The position numbers and the translations under genes were made by a program. A stretch of DNA of 43,921 bases from a candidate division WOR-3 bacterium (GTDB lineage Bacteria > SDB-A): positions 1 to 43,921 of the forward strand of contig JAFGSQ010000004.1 in NCBI GenBank assembly GCA_016934535.1. Reading direction: 5' to 3'. Shown here one piece after another: positions 1-9,825 of this stretch (position 1 is its first letter; every line of letters starts with the position of its first letter). The notes below the pieces were generated by a model. The model searched no databases and was not told where the DNA came from. It saw nothing but the letters and a program-made list of their open reading frames with translations.

Positions 1-2
1 GT

Positions 3-77
3 CGCGGGATGGAGCAGTGGTAGCTCGCTGGGCTCATAACCCAGAGGCCGAGGGTTCAAATCCCTCTCCCGCAACCA
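3..77 (+). tRNA. tRNA-fMet (initiator), anticodon CAT
   Basis: Cloverleaf CGCGGGA...TCCCGCA ACCA with C1:A72 mismatch, GGG/CCC anticodon stem around CTCATAA, T-arm GAGGG-TTCAAAT-CCCTC and encoded CCA. Confidence 0.97.
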
Positions 78-83
78 AAAAAT

Positions 84-671
84 CTAACTGCCTGTTTTCC
101 CCATCTCAAAAGCTTTCATGTTTATTTCGAACGCTTTTTCAGGAAGTCTTTCCCTGACTGCTTTTTCCCAGGATTTTTGAGTGATTTCCGGCATTTTTGA
201 AGATACGGCTCCTATGAGGAAGACGTTCATTGTCCTCATGTCGTTGAGAGTCTGAGCCGCTTCAACCGCATTGACAAACAGAAGGTTTTTTGCCCCGACT
301 ATGGACGTCAGTTTTTCTTTTATGTCGCCGGGATACTCAAAATTGCCGACCGCCACAGGGAGGGGGTCTATCCGCATTTCGTTGACCGCGAGAAACCCCC
401 CATCTTTAAGAAAATGGAGCTGACGCAGTGATTCGAGAAGTTCAAATGAAAGAAGTATATCGGCTTGACCGCAGGTTATTACGGGAGAAAACACTTTTTT
501 TGCGTATTTTACGGAAGAAGTCACGCTTCCGCCTCTTTGTGACATTCCGTGTATTTCACTTTTTTTTACGTCGAATCCGGAATCGAGTGCGGCGAGAGCT
601 ATAATGTCAGCCGCCACAAGAATTCCCTGGCCGCCGACGCCGGCTATCATAATGCTTTTATTCCTGGCCAT
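84..671 (-). CDS. iorB: Indolepyruvate:ferredoxin oxidoreductase beta subunit
   Basis: GVGGQG and SEIHGMSQRGGSV motifs; overlaps the iorA stop; ATG at 671 is preceded by an AAGGAG SD (ORF track start 686). Confidence 0.92.
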   Translation of the reverse strand: MARNKSIMIAGVGGQGILVAADIIALAALDSGFDVKKSEIHGMSQRGGSVTSSVKYAKKVFSPVITCGQADILLSFELLESLRQLHFLKDGGFLAVNEMRIDPLPVAVGNFEYPGDIKEKLTSIVGAKNLLFVNAVEAAQTLNDMRTMNVFLIGAVSSKMPEITQKSWEKAVRERLPEKAFEINMKAFEMGKTGS

Positions 672-2412
672 TTTCGACTCCTTCATTGATTTTTATCGCT
701 TTCTTGGGGCACAAGGAGGCACAGAGTCCGCATCCCGCACAGAACATGGGATTTATGTTGGATTTATTCTCCCTGAAAGATATCGCTGGACAGCCAAGTC
801 CCACGCATATCCTGCAGCCCACGCATTCGTCGTGGTTGACAATGTAAATTTTTCCGTAAGAGCGTTTGGGTACGAGAAAAATGCAGGGTCTCGTGGCGAT
901 TATTACAGATACTCCGTCGTGAGAAAGAGATTTTTCAAAAGCATTTAAAACCGCCGGTATGTCGTGGGGATCAACTTTATGAATATCTTTGACTCCAAGA
1001 CCGATCACCGTCTTTTCTATGTCAATTTTAACGTGGTCGCCGTAGTTGAGCGTTTTTCCTGTTCCCGGATGTCCCTGATGACCTGTCATGGCTGTCGTTG
1101 AATTGTCGAGAATGACGACTATACCGCGGCTCTTGTTGTAGACCATGTTGGCGAGACCTGTCATTCCGCTGTGGAAGAAAGTCGAGTCTCCGATTACCGC
1201 CACTGTTTTTTTGCTCAGTTCGACCGTTTCTGATTTTTCCATTCCGTGGGCGTTGGATATCGAGGCACCCATGCAGACAGTCGTGTCAAGGGCGTTCAAC
1301 GGCGGAAATGCGCCCAGAGTGTAACATCCTATGTCTCCGGTGGCCGGCAGTTTCAGTTTTGATATGGCGTAGAAAACGCCGGTGTGAGGACATCCCGGGC
1401 AAAGGGCGGGAGGACGGGGAGGAAGACCCTGAACAGGAACTTTCAAGGTTTTTTCTTTTTTGAGAGCTTTTTGGAGTTTCTCCTGATCGAGCTCGTCCAC
1501 CATGGGAAATACGTCTTTTCCTATTACTTTAATTCCGGCAGTTTTCAATTCGTTTTCTATGAAAGGATCGTTTTCTTCGACGACATAAACTTTTTTATAT
1601 TTTTTAGTCACTTCTTTTATTACGTCGAGATTGAGAGGCCAGCTCATTCCGATTTTCATGAAGTCCATCTCGGGAAATGCCTCCCTGGCGTAAAAATATG
1701 ATATTCCCGAGGCTATTACGAGAAAATCGGATTTTTTTACGGGTTTTCGGTTGAGTTTGGATTTTCCTGCAAATTCGATCAGCTTTTCTGTCCTTTCTTC
1801 GACGAAAGCATGTCTGACTCTGGCGTGCGTAGGAACTATAATTCTCTTCTTTATGTCTTTTACGTAAACTTTATTTTCATGTTTCTTTTTATCGCCGATT
1901 ATAACTGCTGTTTTTGAGTGACATACGCGGGTTGTCATTCTCATGAGGACCGGCGTGTCGAAATTTTCCGAGATATCAAGCGCTTCAATAACAAAGTCTT
2001 TTGATTCCTGGCTGTCTGATGGTTCGAGACATGGTATTTTAGCGGCTCTCGCGTAGTGTCTGTTGTCCTGTTCGTTCTGAGAGGAATGCATGCCAGGATC
2101 GTCGGCGGTGATTACGACAAAACCGCCTGTTGCGCCTATGTAACTCATTGAAAAGAGGGGGTCGGCGGCTACGTTGAGGCCGACGTGCTTCATGGCGCAA
2201 AGAGCCCTGGCTCCAGCCATCGAAGCACCTGCGGCTACTTCGAGGGCGACTTTCTCGTTGACCGACCATTCTTTATAAATATCGCCGTATTGTGCGATAT
2301 TTTCCATAATTTCAGTGGAGGGTGTTCCCGGGTACGCCGCGGCGACTTTCACGTCGGCTTCGTAAGCTCCTCGGGCTACTGCTTCATTGCCGGACAGAAG
2401 TACTTTTTCCAT
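658..2412 (-). CDS. iorA: Indolepyruvate:ferredoxin oxidoreductase alpha subunit
   Basis: GNEAVARGA, YPGTPSTE, MKHVGLNVAAD, RPPALCPGCPH, GDIGC, TPP-binding GDSTFFHSG...DN and two C-terminal ferredoxin CxxCxxC motifs; ATG at 2412 follows a GAGGTG SD. Confidence 0.95.
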   Translation of the reverse strand: MEKVLLSGNEAVARGAYEADVKVAAAYPGTPSTEIMENIAQYGDIYKEWSVNEKVALEVAAGASMAGARALCAMKHVGLNVAADPLFSMSYIGATGGFVVITADDPGMHSSQNEQDNRHYARAAKIPCLEPSDSQESKDFVIEALDISENFDTPVLMRMTTRVCHSKTAVIIGDKKKHENKVYVKDIKKRIIVPTHARVRHAFVEERTEKLIEFAGKSKLNRKPVKKSDFLVIASGISYFYAREAFPEMDFMKIGMSWPLNLDVIKEVTKKYKKVYVVEENDPFIENELKTAGIKVIGKDVFPMVDELDQEKLQKALKKEKTLKVPVQGLPPRPPALCPGCPHTGVFYAISKLKLPATGDIGCYTLGAFPPLNALDTTVCMGASISNAHGMEKSETVELSKKTVAVIGDSTFFHSGMTGLANMVYNKSRGIVVILDNSTTAMTGHQGHPGTGKTLNYGDHVKIDIEKTVIGLGVKDIHKVDPHDIPAVLNAFEKSLSHDGVSVIIATRPCIFLVPKRSYGKIYIVNHDECVGCRICVGLGCPAISFRENKSNINPMFCAGCGLCASLCPKKAIKINEGVENGQE

Positions 2413-2570
2413 TTTCACCTCATTCTTGAAGTTTTTTAAAAAATACCACGGAACAGCAGTTTCAGTCGAGGAATTTTTGGGGAGAAAACATTTTTACTTT
2501 AAAAAAAAGTTGATTTTTCAGTCGATATAATGTAGTTAGAAGGAGAATTTCAGCAATTCTGGAGGATGTA

Positions 2571-3488
2571 ATGAAACCGATTATTTTATCTGCAATTTTG
2601 GCCCTCGCGGTTTTTTCGCCGCTTTTTTCAACAGACCCATATTCCGGAGCGGGAACCAGCGGATTCAGTTTTCTTAAAATCACCGGATCTGCTAAATCCG
2701 TAGCTATGGCGAGAACTGGTATAGCAGGAGACGCGTCGTTCGGACTGAATCCGGCTTCGTACTCGAAATCCGGGAAATTTCTGAGCACTTCTTACTGCTA
2801 TCTTATGTTTTCCACTCACACGGGATCTTTTTCGTACACGCACCCTCAATCCTTCGGCATAGTTTCCGGCGGTATCGACTATCTCACTTCTCCGGGAATA
2901 GACAAGACGGACCAGCAAGGCAATATACTCGGGGAGTTCTCATATTCGATAATAATGCCTGGCCTTGCATTCGCTAAAGATTTGTCGGAAAACATAAGCG
3001 CCGGAGCAGAGGTGAAATTTCTTTACAGTTCTGTTGACGAATTCAACGCGGCGGTTTTGTCTTTAGGCGCGGGAGCCATTTACGGTTTTTCAGACATTGA
3101 TGGTTTATCAGCCGGTATAGCGGTTGAAAATCTTGGATTGACGCTCAAAGCATATGACGAGGAAAAAGATCCTTTACCCGTCAAATTCACCGGTGGAATA
3201 TCATTTTCGAGGAATTTTTACACGCTGAACGCCGATTTTTCGAAAGCCTCGGACACGAGATTTATCATAGCTTTTGGAGGCGAAGTCAAGCCTTACAAGA
3301 TGATAGCGTTCAGGGCTGGTTATTCGACAAAAGGGACAGAATATAAAACCGGAGATTCCAACGACCTCATGTCGGGTTTTAGTTTTGGAGCGGGTTTTTT
3401 CATACAAAACCTCTCTCTCGACTATTCATTTGTTCCGATGAAAGATCTCGGATACAGTCACACAATAGGCCTGAACTTCAGTCTGTAA
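2571..3488 (+). CDS. PorV/PorQ-family (FadL-like) outer-membrane beta-barrel protein
   Basis: Signal peptide; FLKITGSAKSVAMA and NPA motifs typical of the PorV/UPF0164 N-terminus; alternating beta-strand pattern; GGAGG SD. Confidence 0.75.
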   Translation: MKPIILSAILALAVFSPLFSTDPYSGAGTSGFSFLKITGSAKSVAMARTGIAGDASFGLNPASYSKSGKFLSTSYCYLMFSTHTGSFSYTHPQSFGIVSGGIDYLTSPGIDKTDQQGNILGEFSYSIIMPGLAFAKDLSENISAGAEVKFLYSSVDEFNAAVLSLGAGAIYGFSDIDGLSAGIAVENLGLTLKAYDEEKDPLPVKFTGGISFSRNFYTLNADFSKASDTRFIIAFGGEVKPYKMIAFRAGYSTKGTEYKTGDSNDLMSGFSFGAGFFIQNLSLDYSFVPMKDLGYSHTIGLNFSL

Positions 3489-3507
3489 TATTTTTAAGGA
3501 GGAATTT

Positions 3508-6500
3508 ATGCCCGCAACCAATCAAACAAAAAAAGTTTCCGAAAAAAACAAACTTATTTATTTTTTCGGCAAAGGCAAAGCCGACGGAAACGCCAAAATG
3601 AAAGAAATACTCGGAGGTAAGGGAGCCAACCTCGCGGAGATGACTAACATAGGACTGCCCGTTCCTCCGGGATTCACAATTTCCACTATAGTATGCAAAC
3701 TTTATTACGAAGCGGGTAAAAAATGGCCCGCCGGTCTTCAGACGGAGATTGAAGAAAATCTTAAAAAACTGGAAAAAGCGACAGGTAAAAGATTCGGAGA
3801 CAATCAGAATCCTCTTCTGATCTCGGTTAGATCCGGCGCGGCTTCTTCAATGCCGGGCATGATGGACACAGTATTGAACATCGGCCTCAACGACGAATCA
3901 CTTGCAGCCATTGCCAGCCTGACAGACAATCCCAGATTTGCGTGGGATTCATACAGGCGCTTCATACAGATGTTCGGCGATGTAGTCATGGGCGTCCCTC
4001 ACTCGGCTTTCGAAGAAGAATTGAAGAGAGTCAAAATCCAGTACGGCAAAAAACTCGACGTCGAACTTACGACCGAAGAATTGAAAGAGACGGTGCAGGG
4101 TTTTAAAAGTATATACAAAAAATTCACAAAAGAAGATTTTCCGAAAAACCCGAAAGATCAGCTCTTCAAGGCGATAAACGCGGTGCTCGAATCCTGGAAC
4201 AACGAAAGAGCAGTTAAATACAGAGAGATTCACGACATCAAACATCTTCTCGGAACCGGAGTAAACGTTCAGGCAATGGTGTTCGGCAACATGGGCGAGA
4301 CGTCTGGAACGGGAGTTTGTTTCACGAGGGATCCGGGAACCGGCGAAAAAGTCATACACGGTGAATTTTTGATGAACGCTCAGGGAGAAGACGTTGTCGC
4401 AGGAATAAGGACTCCTCTGCCTATAGAAGAGCTCGGAAAAATACTGTCTGAAAACTACAACGAGCTTATAAAAATATGCAACAGGCTTGAAAATCATTAC
4501 AAGGACATGCAGGACCTCGAATTCACGATAGAACAGGGCAAGCTTTACATGCTTCAGACGAGAAACGGCAAGAGGAACGGAACGGCCGCAGTAAAGATAG
4601 TCAGCGAAATGGTCTCTGAAAAGCTCATTACCAAACAGGAAGCGCTGATGAGGCTGAACGCCGATTATATTGACCAGCTTCTGCATCCTTCTTTCGCAGA
4701 AGAAGACCTCAAGAAAGCGACCGCTCTCACTAAAGGGCTCCCTGCATCACCGGGAGCGGCAGTGGGACAGGTGGTTTTTACTGCTGTAGACGCGGTTAAA
4801 TGGGCTGAAGAAGGAAAAAGCGTAATCCTCTGCAGAGTCGAAACAAGCCCGGAAGATGTGGCTGGAATGCATAAAGCCAAAGGCATCCTGACTTCAGTAG
4901 GCGGAATGACGAGCCACGCAGCTGTCGTAGCGAGAGGATGGGGAAAATGCTGTGTTGTCGGCGCAGGCGACGTAAACATAAATTACGATGAAAAAACTAT
5001 GAAAATCGGCGGAAAGCTTTTCGTCGAAGGCGACAACATCTCCATTAACGGTTCGACCGGTAATGTTTATGAAGGTTTGATTCCAACGAGATCCACAGCC
5101 ATGTCGGAGGATTTCAAGACGATCATGAAATGGGCCGACGAAGTGAGAAAACTGGGCATAAGAACAAATTCGGATTCACCTGAGGACACAAAAAAAGCGG
5201 TATCTCTCGGAGCGGAAGGAATCGGACTTTGCAGAACCGAACACATGTTTTTTGCCGAAGGCAGGATAAGCGCTTTCAGAAGACTCATACTTTTCGCATA
5301 CGAATCAAAACGCCTCGAGAAATTAATTGATAAAGCGGGAGAGAGCGAACAGATAGAATACCGCAAACAGCACAACTTGTCCTTCACCGAGTACAAAAAG
5401 GCTCTGGATGAGCTCCTGCCTTATCAGAAAAACGACTTTGCCGGTATATTCGAAGCTCTCGAAGGAAGACCGGCGACCATAAGACTTCTCGATCCGCCTC
5501 TTCACGAATTCCTTCCGAAAGACCAAAATGACATGGAGAATCTCGCTTCTGTTACCGGAATGCCTGTTGAAAAGATAAGACAGATATCCGAGGAACTACA
5601 CGAACAGAATCCGATGCTGGGACACAGGGGATGCAGGCTCGGTCTCACATATCCCGAAATATCCGAAATGCAGGTCAGAGCGATAATCGAGGCGGCAATC
5701 GAAGTGAAAAGCAGTAAAAACATAGAAGCTCTTCCGGAGATCATGATACCTCTCGTCGGCGATTACAAGGAGCTTAAGCTTTCGAGAGAGCTCGCTCAGA
5801 AAGTCATAGACAAGGTTTTTCTGGAAAAAGGCCTGAAACAGGGATACATTAAATATCTAATAGGCACGATGATAGAGGTGCCGAGAGCCGCTCTCACTGC
5901 CGACGAAATTGCCGAATACGCTGATTTCTTCTCTTTCGGAACGAACGATTTGACCCAGATGGGATCGGGATTTTCAAGAGACGATGCCGGAAAGTTTCTT
6001 GGTGAATATGTCAGTATGGGAATATACGAAAAAGATCCTTTCCAGACACTCGATAAGACGGGTATTGGTAAAATGATAAGAATAGCCGTCGCGCTCGGAA
6101 GGGAGAAGAAGAAAAACCTGAAAATCGGCATATGCGGGGAACACGGAGGAGATCCTTCATCGATATATTTCTGCGACGAAGTCGGTATGGATTATGTCTC
6201 CTGCTCGCCTATGAGAGTGCCCATAGCGAGACTCGCCGCGGCGCAGGCAGTTTCTGTGAACTCTTCAAAAAAAGCCGAACCGGTGAAAACCAAAAAGACG
6301 GCGGGACCGGTTAGGAAAAAAACAGCGGATAAAGCGCAGAAAAAAGTTTCAAAGAAAAAAACCGCTGCCAGGAAGCAGGCTGGCAAAAAAACCTTAACTA
6401 AAAAGCCCGTCTCCAGGAAGAAGAGCGCGATGAAAATAAAGGTTAAAAAATCTGCCGTCAGAAAACCTTTGGCTGGAAAAAAGACCGCAAAAAAAGCCGT

Positions 6501-6663
6501 TTCGAAAAATCCTGTGATAAAAAAAACGGCGTCCAGAAAGATTTCTACCAAGAGACCTTCAGCCAAAAAGCCTTTGATTAATAAAGCTGCGATAAAAAAG
6601 ACAGGGGTCAAAAAGGGATCTCCCAAAAGGTCAAAATCCGTGAGGACTAAAAAAGGCAGATAA
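3508..6663 (+). CDS. ppdK: Pyruvate, phosphate dikinase with a Lys-rich C-terminal extension
   Basis: LGGKGANLAEM, SVRSGA..SMPGMMDT, phospho-His motif GGMTSHAAVVAR, GIGLCRTEHMF, SFGTNDLTQ, ICGEHGGDP; AAGGAGG SD. Confidence 0.97.
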   Translation: MPATNQTKKVSEKNKLIYFFGKGKADGNAKMKEILGGKGANLAEMTNIGLPVPPGFTISTIVCKLYYEAGKKWPAGLQTEIEENLKKLEKATGKRFGDNQNPLLISVRSGAASSMPGMMDTVLNIGLNDESLAAIASLTDNPRFAWDSYRRFIQMFGDVVMGVPHSAFEEELKRVKIQYGKKLDVELTTEELKETVQGFKSIYKKFTKEDFPKNPKDQLFKAINAVLESWNNERAVKYREIHDIKHLLGTGVNVQAMVFGNMGETSGTGVCFTRDPGTGEKVIHGEFLMNAQGEDVVAGIRTPLPIEELGKILSENYNELIKICNRLENHYKDMQDLEFTIEQGKLYMLQTRNGKRNGTAAVKIVSEMVSEKLITKQEALMRLNADYIDQLLHPSFAEEDLKKATALTKGLPASPGAAVGQVVFTAVDAVKWAEEGKSVILCRVETSPEDVAGMHKAKGILTSVGGMTSHAAVVARGWGKCCVVGAGDVNINYDEKTMKIGGKLFVEGDNISINGSTGNVYEGLIPTRSTAMSEDFKTIMKWADEVRKLGIRTNSDSPEDTKKAVSLGAEGIGLCRTEHMFFAEGRISAFRRLILFAYESKRLEKLIDKAGESEQIEYRKQHNLSFTEYKKALDELLPYQKNDFAGIFEALEGRPATIRLLDPPLHEFLPKDQNDMENLASVTGMPVEKIRQISEELHEQNPMLGHRGCRLGLTYPEISEMQVRAIIEAAIEVKSSKNIEALPEIMIPLVGDYKELKLSRELAQKVIDKVFLEKGLKQGYIKYLIGTMIEVPRAALTADEIAEYADFFSFGTNDLTQMGSGFSRDDAGKFLGEYVSMGIYEKDPFQTLDKTGIGKMIRIAVALGREKKKNLKIGICGEHGGDPSSIYFCDEVGMDYVSCSPMRVPIARLAAAQAVSVNSSKKAEPVKTKKTAGPVRKKTADKAQKKVSKKKTAARKQAGKKTLTKKPVSRKKSAMKIKVKKSAVRKPLAGKKTAKKAVSKNPVIKKTASRKISTKRPSAKKPLINKAAIKKTGVKKGSPKRSKSVRTKKGR
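6250..6660 (+). repeat. Low-complexity Lys/Ala/Pro-rich pentapeptide-like repeat region (histone H1/Hc2-like tail) in ppdK
   Basis: Recurrent KKTAA/KKPVS/RKPLA/KKAVS/KKTAS units after the normal PPDK end (RLAAAQA). Confidence 0.85.
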
Positions 6664-6689
6664 TCTTTATCACGAAAACATGATATCCT

Positions 6690-6720
6690 GCCCGCGGTTT
6701 TAAAACCGCGGGCTCTTTCT
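6690..6720 (+). terminator. Hairpin, probable intrinsic terminator after ppdK
   Basis: Perfect inverted repeat GCCCGCGGTT-TTAA-AACCGCGGGC (6690-6713) followed by TCTTTCT. Confidence 0.65.
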
Positions 6721-6739
6721 CAAAATCAAAGGAGTTCCG

Positions 6740-8113
6740 GTGAGTAGAAAAACACTGACCTGTATAGGAGCCGGTTACGTCGGCGGAGTTACAATGGCTG
6801 TAATAGCCGAGAAGTGCGAGGATTATAAAGTCATTGTGACGGATGTCGACGCCGAAAAGATAAAAAGGTGGAACACCGATGATCTTCCTATTTATGAACC
6901 GGGTCTTCTTGAAACAGTAAAAAAGGCCAGGGGCAGAAATCTTTTTTTCACTGACGATGTCAAATCCGGAATAAGGGATGCTGACATAATATTTGTCTCC
7001 GTCAACACCCCGACGAAAACATTTGGAGAAGGTGCGGGTAAATGCGTCGACCTGCAGTATTGGGAGAAGACCGCGAGGGATATTCTCGAATCTTCCGACC
7101 AAGGAAAAATAGTCGTCGAAAAGAGCACTCTGCCTGTAAAGACCGCCGAAGCCATGAAAAAAATACTGGAATCAAACAAGAAAGGGCTCAAGTATGAAGT
7201 CATTTCCAATCCCGAATTCCTCGCAGAAGGTTCGGCAATAAGAGATCTCGAATTCCCTGACAGGGTGTTGATAGGATCCGCCTCTTCAAATGAAGCCATG
7301 AAGGCGAGGGAAGAAGTTGTCGAGATATACTCGCACTGGGTGCCCAAAGAAAAGATTTTCACGAGCAATATCTGGAGCGCAGAACTGTCGAAACTGATCT
7401 CCAACGCATTTCTCGCCCAGAGAATTTCTTCAATAAATTCCATAACTCCTCTTTGCGAAGCGACGGGAGCAGACATATCCGAAATCTCCCGCGCCGTCGG
7501 CCTGGACACGAGGATTGGCGGTAAATTTTTAATGCCGAGCGTCGGGTTCGGAGGATCATGTTTTAAAAAAGACATTTTGAACCTCGTCTATATCTGTGAG
7601 AATTATTCTCTCAAAGAAACTGCGGAATACTGGGAAAATGTTTTGAGAATAAACGAATATCAGCAGGAAAGGTTTTTCCTGAAAATGCTGGGATCCATGT
7701 TCAACACTATCGCGGGAAAGAAAATCGCAGTCTTCGGTCTCGCTTTCAAAGCCGACACTGACGACACCCGCGAATCACCGGCAATTTACATAGTTAAAAA
7801 ACTTCTTGCCGAAAACGCCGAGGTCACACTTACGGATCCTAAAGCGCTGAGGAATGTTTCGCTGGCGTTTGGAGATGACGTAAATAAAATCAAGTTGACT
7901 GAGGACCCTTACGAAGCGGCTGAAAAAGCGCACGCTATAGCCGTCGTGACAGAGTGGGACTTATATAAAAAGCTCGATTACAAAAAGATTTTCGACAGTA
8001 TGTCCCAGCCCTCATTCATTTTTGACGGAAGAAACATTTTGGACGGACAGAAGCTTTTCGACATTGGATTCAGTTTTTTCTCTTTGGGAAAACCGCCGTT
8101 AATAAGAGATTGA
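6740..8113 (+). CDS. ugd: UDP-glucose 6-dehydrogenase
   Basis: IGAGYVGG Rossmann motif, EKSTLP, SNPEFLAEG, AELSKL, catalytic GFGGSCFKKD; GTG start after AAGGAG. Confidence 0.95.
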   Translation: MSRKTLTCIGAGYVGGVTMAVIAEKCEDYKVIVTDVDAEKIKRWNTDDLPIYEPGLLETVKKARGRNLFFTDDVKSGIRDADIIFVSVNTPTKTFGEGAGKCVDLQYWEKTARDILESSDQGKIVVEKSTLPVKTAEAMKKILESNKKGLKYEVISNPEFLAEGSAIRDLEFPDRVLIGSASSNEAMKAREEVVEIYSHWVPKEKIFTSNIWSAELSKLISNAFLAQRISSINSITPLCEATGADISEISRAVGLDTRIGGKFLMPSVGFGGSCFKKDILNLVYICENYSLKETAEYWENVLRINEYQQERFFLKMLGSMFNTIAGKKIAVFGLAFKADTDDTRESPAIYIVKKLLAENAEVTLTDPKALRNVSLAFGDDVNKIKLTEDPYEAAEKAHAIAVVTEWDLYKKLDYKKIFDSMSQPSFIFDGRNILDGQKLFDIGFSFFSLGKPPLIRD

Positions 8114-8327
8114 ACGAATTTTTCCACGGTAACGGTTATTTCCCGGAAACCGCCCTTCCCGCTGTCCATTTTGGGAAAACAGTTAATTATCAAGAAATCT
8201 TTCGTGTATCATTAAACCTAACATTAAAATTCCCGATTGACATTTTTCTCTTTTAGAATATTTTTAGTTTTGAAGGTTTATAACTTAAACATGAGTGTTT
8301 GTGAAGGACCGCCGAAAGGGGCAAAGG

Positions 8328-9821
8328 ATGAAAAAAGGTAAATTTTTCAAATTGTCGTCTATTTTCCTGCTGATATCAGCTTATACTCAATCCTTTTTTT
8401 TAAGCGGATTCTCATTCCCGGACTCTTCTGAAGTATTGTCCGAAGAAAACCGCCTTCAATCCGAATATTCCTTCAGCGAAGTCGTCGAAAATTCTATGCC
8501 TGCTGTCGTCAGCGTCATCGCGGAAAAAAGAGTTGAATTTACATACACTGTCAATCCTTTCGGTATAATGCCTTTCAGTATGGATCCTTTAGGAATATTC
8601 GGTCCCCGCAGTTTCGGATTCGAAGAGCCCCAGCAGAGAAAAGGCGAAAGGTTTGAAAAATCGGAAGGCAGCGGTTTTGTCATATCATCCGAAGGTTATG
8701 TTTTGACTAACAACCATATAGTGGGAGGAAGCCACAGGATTTCAGTTGTTTTTCCGGACGGCACTGTATTTGAGGGAAGAGACGTCGAACTCGTCGGAAC
8801 GGATCCTCAGACAGACGTGGCGGTTTTGAAAATCAAATCCGTGTATCCTTTGCCTTGTCTGGAAAAAGGCGATTCCGACGAACTTAAACCGGGTCAATGG
8901 GTAATAGCAATAGGCTCTCCGCTGGGATTTTCCCAGACTGTTACAGCCGGCATCGTCAGTGCAGTCGGCAGAAGTGAAATCCCTCTGCCTGAAGGGCCGT
9001 CTTACCAGTATTTCATTCAGACAGACGCATCAATTAATCCGGGTAATTCAGGAGGGCCTCTTCTCGATTCACGGGGTAACGTCGTTGGAATAAATACCGC
9101 GATAACTTCTCCGACAGGTCTTAACATCGGCATCGGATTCGCCATTCCCATAAACATGGCATCCAAAATAGCCGATGAACTTATCGACACGGGCACAGTG
9201 ACCCGTTCCTATATTGGTGTCATGCTTGAAAACCTGACGTTCGATCTTAAAATCGCCATGGGAGCCGAAGACCTTCAGTCCGGTATAATAGTCACCGGGA
9301 CAGTCAAGGGATCTCCTTCAGAGAAAGCCGGTTTGATAACAGGAGACATAATATATGAGGTAAATTCAGTCCCGGTTCAAAACGTGACGAGTTTCAGAAT
9401 AGACGTTTCTCAGAGGGAACCCGGCGAGAGAATTTTACTTTCTGTCAAGCGGGGTAATTCAGATCTGAATTTGGAAATATTTCTTGAAGAGTTTTTGCAG
9501 AAGGAAATTCCGGTCCCCGAAGTTGTCGATGTCGCCGGCCCATGGCTCGGCATTGAAATCCGCGAGCTTGACGAAAGACAGACTGAAAACCTGAATCTCA
9601 GCGGAAAAGCTGTTTATGTCGCACAAGTGCGCCAGGGTTCCGCAGGACACAGGGCAGGCCTCGCTCAAAGAGACATCATAGTAAAAGTCGGAGAAATTCA
9701 AATTGAAAGTCTTGCCGACTATGAAAGAGCCGCCGAACTTTATAAAAACGGGACAAAGCCTCTTCTTTTTCAAGTCATAAGAAACGGCATAAATCATTTC
9801 ACTGCCGTCAGAACCGAGTGA
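8328..9821 (+). CDS. HtrA/DegP (Do family) periplasmic serine protease with two PDZ domains
   Basis: GSGFVI, LTNNHI (His), DVAVLK (Asp), QTDASINPGNSGGPL (Ser); signal peptide from ATG 8328; two PDZ-like segments. Confidence 0.93.
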   Translation: MKKGKFFKLSSIFLLISAYTQSFFLSGFSFPDSSEVLSEENRLQSEYSFSEVVENSMPAVVSVIAEKRVEFTYTVNPFGIMPFSMDPLGIFGPRSFGFEEPQQRKGERFEKSEGSGFVISSEGYVLTNNHIVGGSHRISVVFPDGTVFEGRDVELVGTDPQTDVAVLKIKSVYPLPCLEKGDSDELKPGQWVIAIGSPLGFSQTVTAGIVSAVGRSEIPLPEGPSYQYFIQTDASINPGNSGGPLLDSRGNVVGINTAITSPTGLNIGIGFAIPINMASKIADELIDTGTVTRSYIGVMLENLTFDLKIAMGAEDLQSGIIVTGTVKGSPSEKAGLITGDIIYEVNSVPVQNVTSFRIDVSQREPGERILLSVKRGNSDLNLEIFLEEFLQKEIPVPEVVDVAGPWLGIEIRELDERQTENLNLSGKAVYVAQVRQGSAGHRAGLAQRDIIVKVGEIQIESLADYERAAELYKNGTKPLLFQVIRNGINHFTAVRTE

Positions 9822-9825
9822 GACC

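Noticed and set aside
2460-2525. TTTCAGTCGA direct repeat (2460 and 2516) in the iorA/PorV-like divergent spacer
   Set aside because: Only two 10-mers, 56 bp apart, and I did not see it in the other intergenic regions; not enough to call an operator.
2462-2788. 108 aa minus-strand ORF
   Set aside because: Mostly antisense to the PorV-like gene, which has a clear SD and family motifs.
3949-4686. Long antisense or alternate-frame ORFs (this one, 6892-7575, 38863-39480, 27919-28413 and others)
   Set aside because: Almost entirely nested within well-supported genes and lacking motifs or SD sequences.
6192-6626. 144 aa Phe-rich hydrophobic minus-strand ORF
   Set aside because: Antisense mirror of the AAA/AAG Lys codons in the PPDK tail.
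8303-8327. GGACCGCCGAAAGGGGCAAAG upstream of htrA, faintly like a c-di-GMP-I riboswitch GNRA stem
   Set aside because: Lacks the GGCAAAC start, the P1/P3 stems and the tetraloop receptor; it is only a weak hairpin.
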